Assembly: GCA_964016885.1 (NCBI GenBank)
Contig: OZ024741.1
Span: 126,480,001 to 126,544,000 of the forward strand
DNA from: Eledone cirrhosa
Taxonomy: Eukaryota
Length of the DNA stretch: 64,000 nt
Direction: 5' to 3'
Shown: positions 61,132 through 64,000 of the stretch, piece by piece
Layout of the letters: every line of letters starts with the position of its first letter
Numbering within the stretch: position 1 is the stretch's first letter
The notes under the pieces: generated by a model
What the model saw: only the letters and a program-made list of their open reading frames with translations
The model's database searches: none
Told to the model about the DNA's origin: nothing
Translations under genes and position numbers: made by a program

Positions 61132-63519
61132 ATGGATTATTACAACATAACCAATTCAACTAAAGACATTCCTATACCTGGTAAATCTGAATTCACCAAA
61201 CTTCTTATTGAAAAAACTGACTCCTTCGTAAGAAGACTTAGATGGACAGCCTATTTCTATGACCAGCGCCTAAAAGGGAACTTTCATACCAAAGAACATA
61301 ACTTCCTCGATCATCTTTTTAATTCTAGACGAAATCCTCCCTCCAACAAAAATCTAGTACAATTCGAGGAAGAATTAACTAAATTAATAAAAAATCTTAA
61401 ATTCAAGAGATACCCTTACAAAGGACAAGAGCACCTTGTAAATCTCAAGAACACAATCTCTAACCTAAATTCCTCAAAAAATGTTTTAGTCCACTCTGAC
61501 AAAACCAATAACTTATATGGTATTTCCAAGGATAATTATAACAACCTTATCCTAAAGGAACTTAGGAAAAAGTATCGTAAAACCAACCATGAAAATTTAG
61601 AATGCATAAACCTTGAAGCCTATGAGATTATGTCAAAACTTGGCATTGAAAAAAAGACCGAACCATTCCTCCCAAGAACTCCGAGGATAAATCTGAAGGA
61701 TCACAAAAACAATTTTCGCACTGAACTACCTGTTAGATTAATCGCCCCCTCTAAATCTGATCTGGGGGTTGTTAGTAAAGCCATCTTGGATAGAATTATC
61801 CATTGCTCTTCTTTGAACCTAAATTTATGGATTGGTACTTCTGAAGTGATTGGCTGGTTCAACAAATTGGATAATAAAAACAAACTAAAATTTATTCAAT
61901 TTGATATTGCCAGCTACTATTCCTCCATTTCGCCTTCACTTCTCAATAATGCTCTATCTTTCGCACTTAAATATTCTGACATCACCACAGATGAACTTCA
62001 CATCATCCTCACCGCACGTAAAACCATCCTAGAGTTCAACAACGAATATTGGACCAGAGCCGATACCTCTAACAACTTCGACATCACAATGGGAGCATCC
62101 GATTCATCCCAATTGACTGATTTAATTGGTATCTTCATTTTGAACTCTTTGAGTCGGAAAATTCCTCAACTTCGCGGTGGAATTTATCGTGACGATGGAC
62201 TCTTTACTATCCTAAATTGCAATATAGTTAACCTTAATATTATTAAGAACAATATACGTAATCTCTTTAACCAACATAACCTAAAAATTGAATTTGATAA
62301 TAGTATCAAACTAGCTAATTTCTTGGATGTATCTCTTAATCTTGACACTGGCCTATATTACCCTTACCATAAAAACAATGAGAACCTAAATTATGTTAAC
62401 TTTAAATCTAACCATCCTACCAATATCAAGAATGCTATAGTTAATAATATTGGAAAAAGAATATCTAACATATCTTCTAATAAAAACATCTTTGATGCTA
62501 ACTCCAATTACTATAATAACGTACTTTCTAAAGCCGGCTATCCAGATAAAATCAAATATAGTAAAGAAACAAATTCTAGAAAAACTTACAGTAGAATAAT
62601 TAATCATGACCATTCCAATAATTTTAATAAAAGACCTAGATACAAAAACATAATCTGGTATAATGCTCCTTTCTCCATCTCTATTAATAACAATATTCCT
62701 AAATTATTTTTTAGTGCCTTAAATAAATGCTTCCCTCCCTCACATATCTATAGTAAAATATTTAACAAACACACCATCAAATTTTCGTATTCTACATCCT
62801 CCAATATTTCCAACATCATCTCTAAACACAACAATAAAATACTAAATACTAAATCTCTTCCTTCCAATATTGAATTTCATAATAACAGTAATAGTACTCC
62901 CGACGTCATTGTAAACCCTAGGCTAACTTCTGTAAACCCAAATACAACGTCAAACACAACTTCGCTAAATGTTCATAATCCAACTCTAAATCAAGAAACT
63001 ATTATTCCTATTATTCCTATCGCAAACAACTTCTCCAATCCAATTCCTTCTATAGATAACACTAGGTCACTCATTAATAATCTCTCTAATTGCAACTGCC
63101 GCATTAAAAATAAATATCCTCTCAACAACCATTGTCTCGATAAAAACTTAATTTATGAATGTAAAATTATAACTAGCACCAATTCCTTCACTTATTTTGG
63201 CTTCACTTCCACCTCTTTTAAAGCTCGTCTCTATAATCATCATTCATCTTTCAAATACAAACTTAAAAGAACCAACACTGCTCTCTCAGAACTCATATGG
63301 TCCTTAAAAGACAAAAACATTAAATATACCATCTTTTGGAAGAAGGTTTCTTCTGCATCCTCATACTTGAACAGCTCTCTATCTAAAATCTGTAATCTCT
63401 GCCTAAATGAAAAATTTACCATTATCTCTAACCTAGATTCTATAATAAATAGACGTACAGATTTGTTTTCTATCTGCCTGCATAAATTCCATAGAACTGT
63501 TCACAAAGTATACAGTTAA
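61132..63519 (+). CDS. PLE reverse transcriptase + C-terminal GIY-YIG endonuclease (795 aa from the likely ATG; frame open from 61072)
   Basis: MDYYNITNSTKDIP aligns with the family B start; RRLRW, SDKTNNLY, LKDHK, QFDIASYYSSI, FDITMGASDS, YRDDGL, NFLDV, SNHP, CNC, LIY...YFG, CNLC. Confidence 0.93.
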   Translation: MDYYNITNSTKDIPIPGKSEFTKLLIEKTDSFVRRLRWTAYFYDQRLKGNFHTKEHNFLDHLFNSRRNPPSNKNLVQFEEELTKLIKNLKFKRYPYKGQEHLVNLKNTISNLNSSKNVLVHSDKTNNLYGISKDNYNNLILKELRKKYRKTNHENLECINLEAYEIMSKLGIEKKTEPFLPRTPRINLKDHKNNFRTELPVRLIAPSKSDLGVVSKAILDRIIHCSSLNLNLWIGTSEVIGWFNKLDNKNKLKFIQFDIASYYSSISPSLLNNALSFALKYSDITTDELHIILTARKTILEFNNEYWTRADTSNNFDITMGASDSSQLTDLIGIFILNSLSRKIPQLRGGIYRDDGLFTILNCNIVNLNIIKNNIRNLFNQHNLKIEFDNSIKLANFLDVSLNLDTGLYYPYHKNNENLNYVNFKSNHPTNIKNAIVNNIGKRISNISSNKNIFDANSNYYNNVLSKAGYPDKIKYSKETNSRKTYSRIINHDHSNNFNKRPRYKNIIWYNAPFSISINNNIPKLFFSALNKCFPPSHIYSKIFNKHTIKFSYSTSSNISNIISKHNNKILNTKSLPSNIEFHNNSNSTPDVIVNPRLTSVNPNTTSNTTSLNVHNPTLNQETIIPIIPIANNFSNPIPSIDNTRSLINNLSNCNCRIKNKYPLNNHCLDKNLIYECKIITSTNSFTYFGFTSTSFKARLYNHHSSFKYKLKRTNTALSELIWSLKDKNIKYTIFWKKVSSASSYLNSSLSKICNLCLNEKFTIISNLDSIINRRTDLFSICLHKFHRTVHKVYS

Positions 63520-64000
63520 TATTCAATTCTTTATCAATTTAGAATCTTTTCTCAAAGGCACATATACATACACCTCTTTAAAATATACCCATCTACCTTA
63601 CTTTAAAGGGCATTATACACTCTATAATACTTGTTTACTCATTACCCTCATTCTATCTCCACCTTGTAAAATCATAACATATACATTTGTTGTTTTGACG
63701 TTAGAATATTCATCCGCAATCATTATTATTTTTTCTCTCTATCATAAATCTTTTTAATCTCAATTTCATCCTTAATTTATTATTTTTTTCTCCCCATCAA
63801 CGAACTCATTATTAATACATATTAACTCTTTATTCGCATATATTATCAATTCCTTCAATATACAAACTTTAACTCCACATTATTTTTCTCAAATCCTTCT
63901 ACACACAAACCTTAATAATTTTTCTCTTCGTTAATTTTGAAATTGCCACAATATCTTATCAACATACATTTCTTTTTTTGACGTTAGAATATTCATCCAC

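Larger units (their letters stand above)
60178..64000 (+). mobile_element. Full-ORF Penelope-like element (Hydra-type, family D) with partial 5' pLTR
   Basis: 5' pLTR 60178-61050 is repeated from 63868 onward; the 3' pLTR runs off the window. Confidence 0.95.

Overview
AT-rich, repeat-dominated animal genomic DNA with no recognisable host exon. The tRNA-derived SINE families strongly suggest a coleoid cephalopod (Octopus-like); this is inference from repeat content. The first ~11 kb and 17-22 kb hold mostly old SINEs plus a hAT-type MITE. From ~11 kb onward, and densely from ~32 kb, the window is a nest of Penelope-like retroelements (PLEs) separated by long (TA)n tracts. At least six families have RT (YRDDG) + CxCx5C linker + C-terminal GIY-YIG + CxxC, matching the Hydra clade, and one family has YVDD + Cys-rich linker + His pair (Neptune/Nematis type). 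One copy (61072-63519) keeps an uninterrupted ORF and is fused head-to-head to an inverted, 5'-truncated twin. Reading both strands shows about 18 minimal type I hammerhead ribozymes with intact cores plus about 10 decayed, variant or half ones, from roughly ten sequence families. Most notable are two ORF-less arrays of homologous ~420-nt and 478-nt units that each carry one hammerhead (12958-14070, 40943-42587). They look like PLE-mobilised retrozymes that could yield 478-nt self-cleaved or circular RNAs. Hammerhead folds were paired by eye; none is tested.
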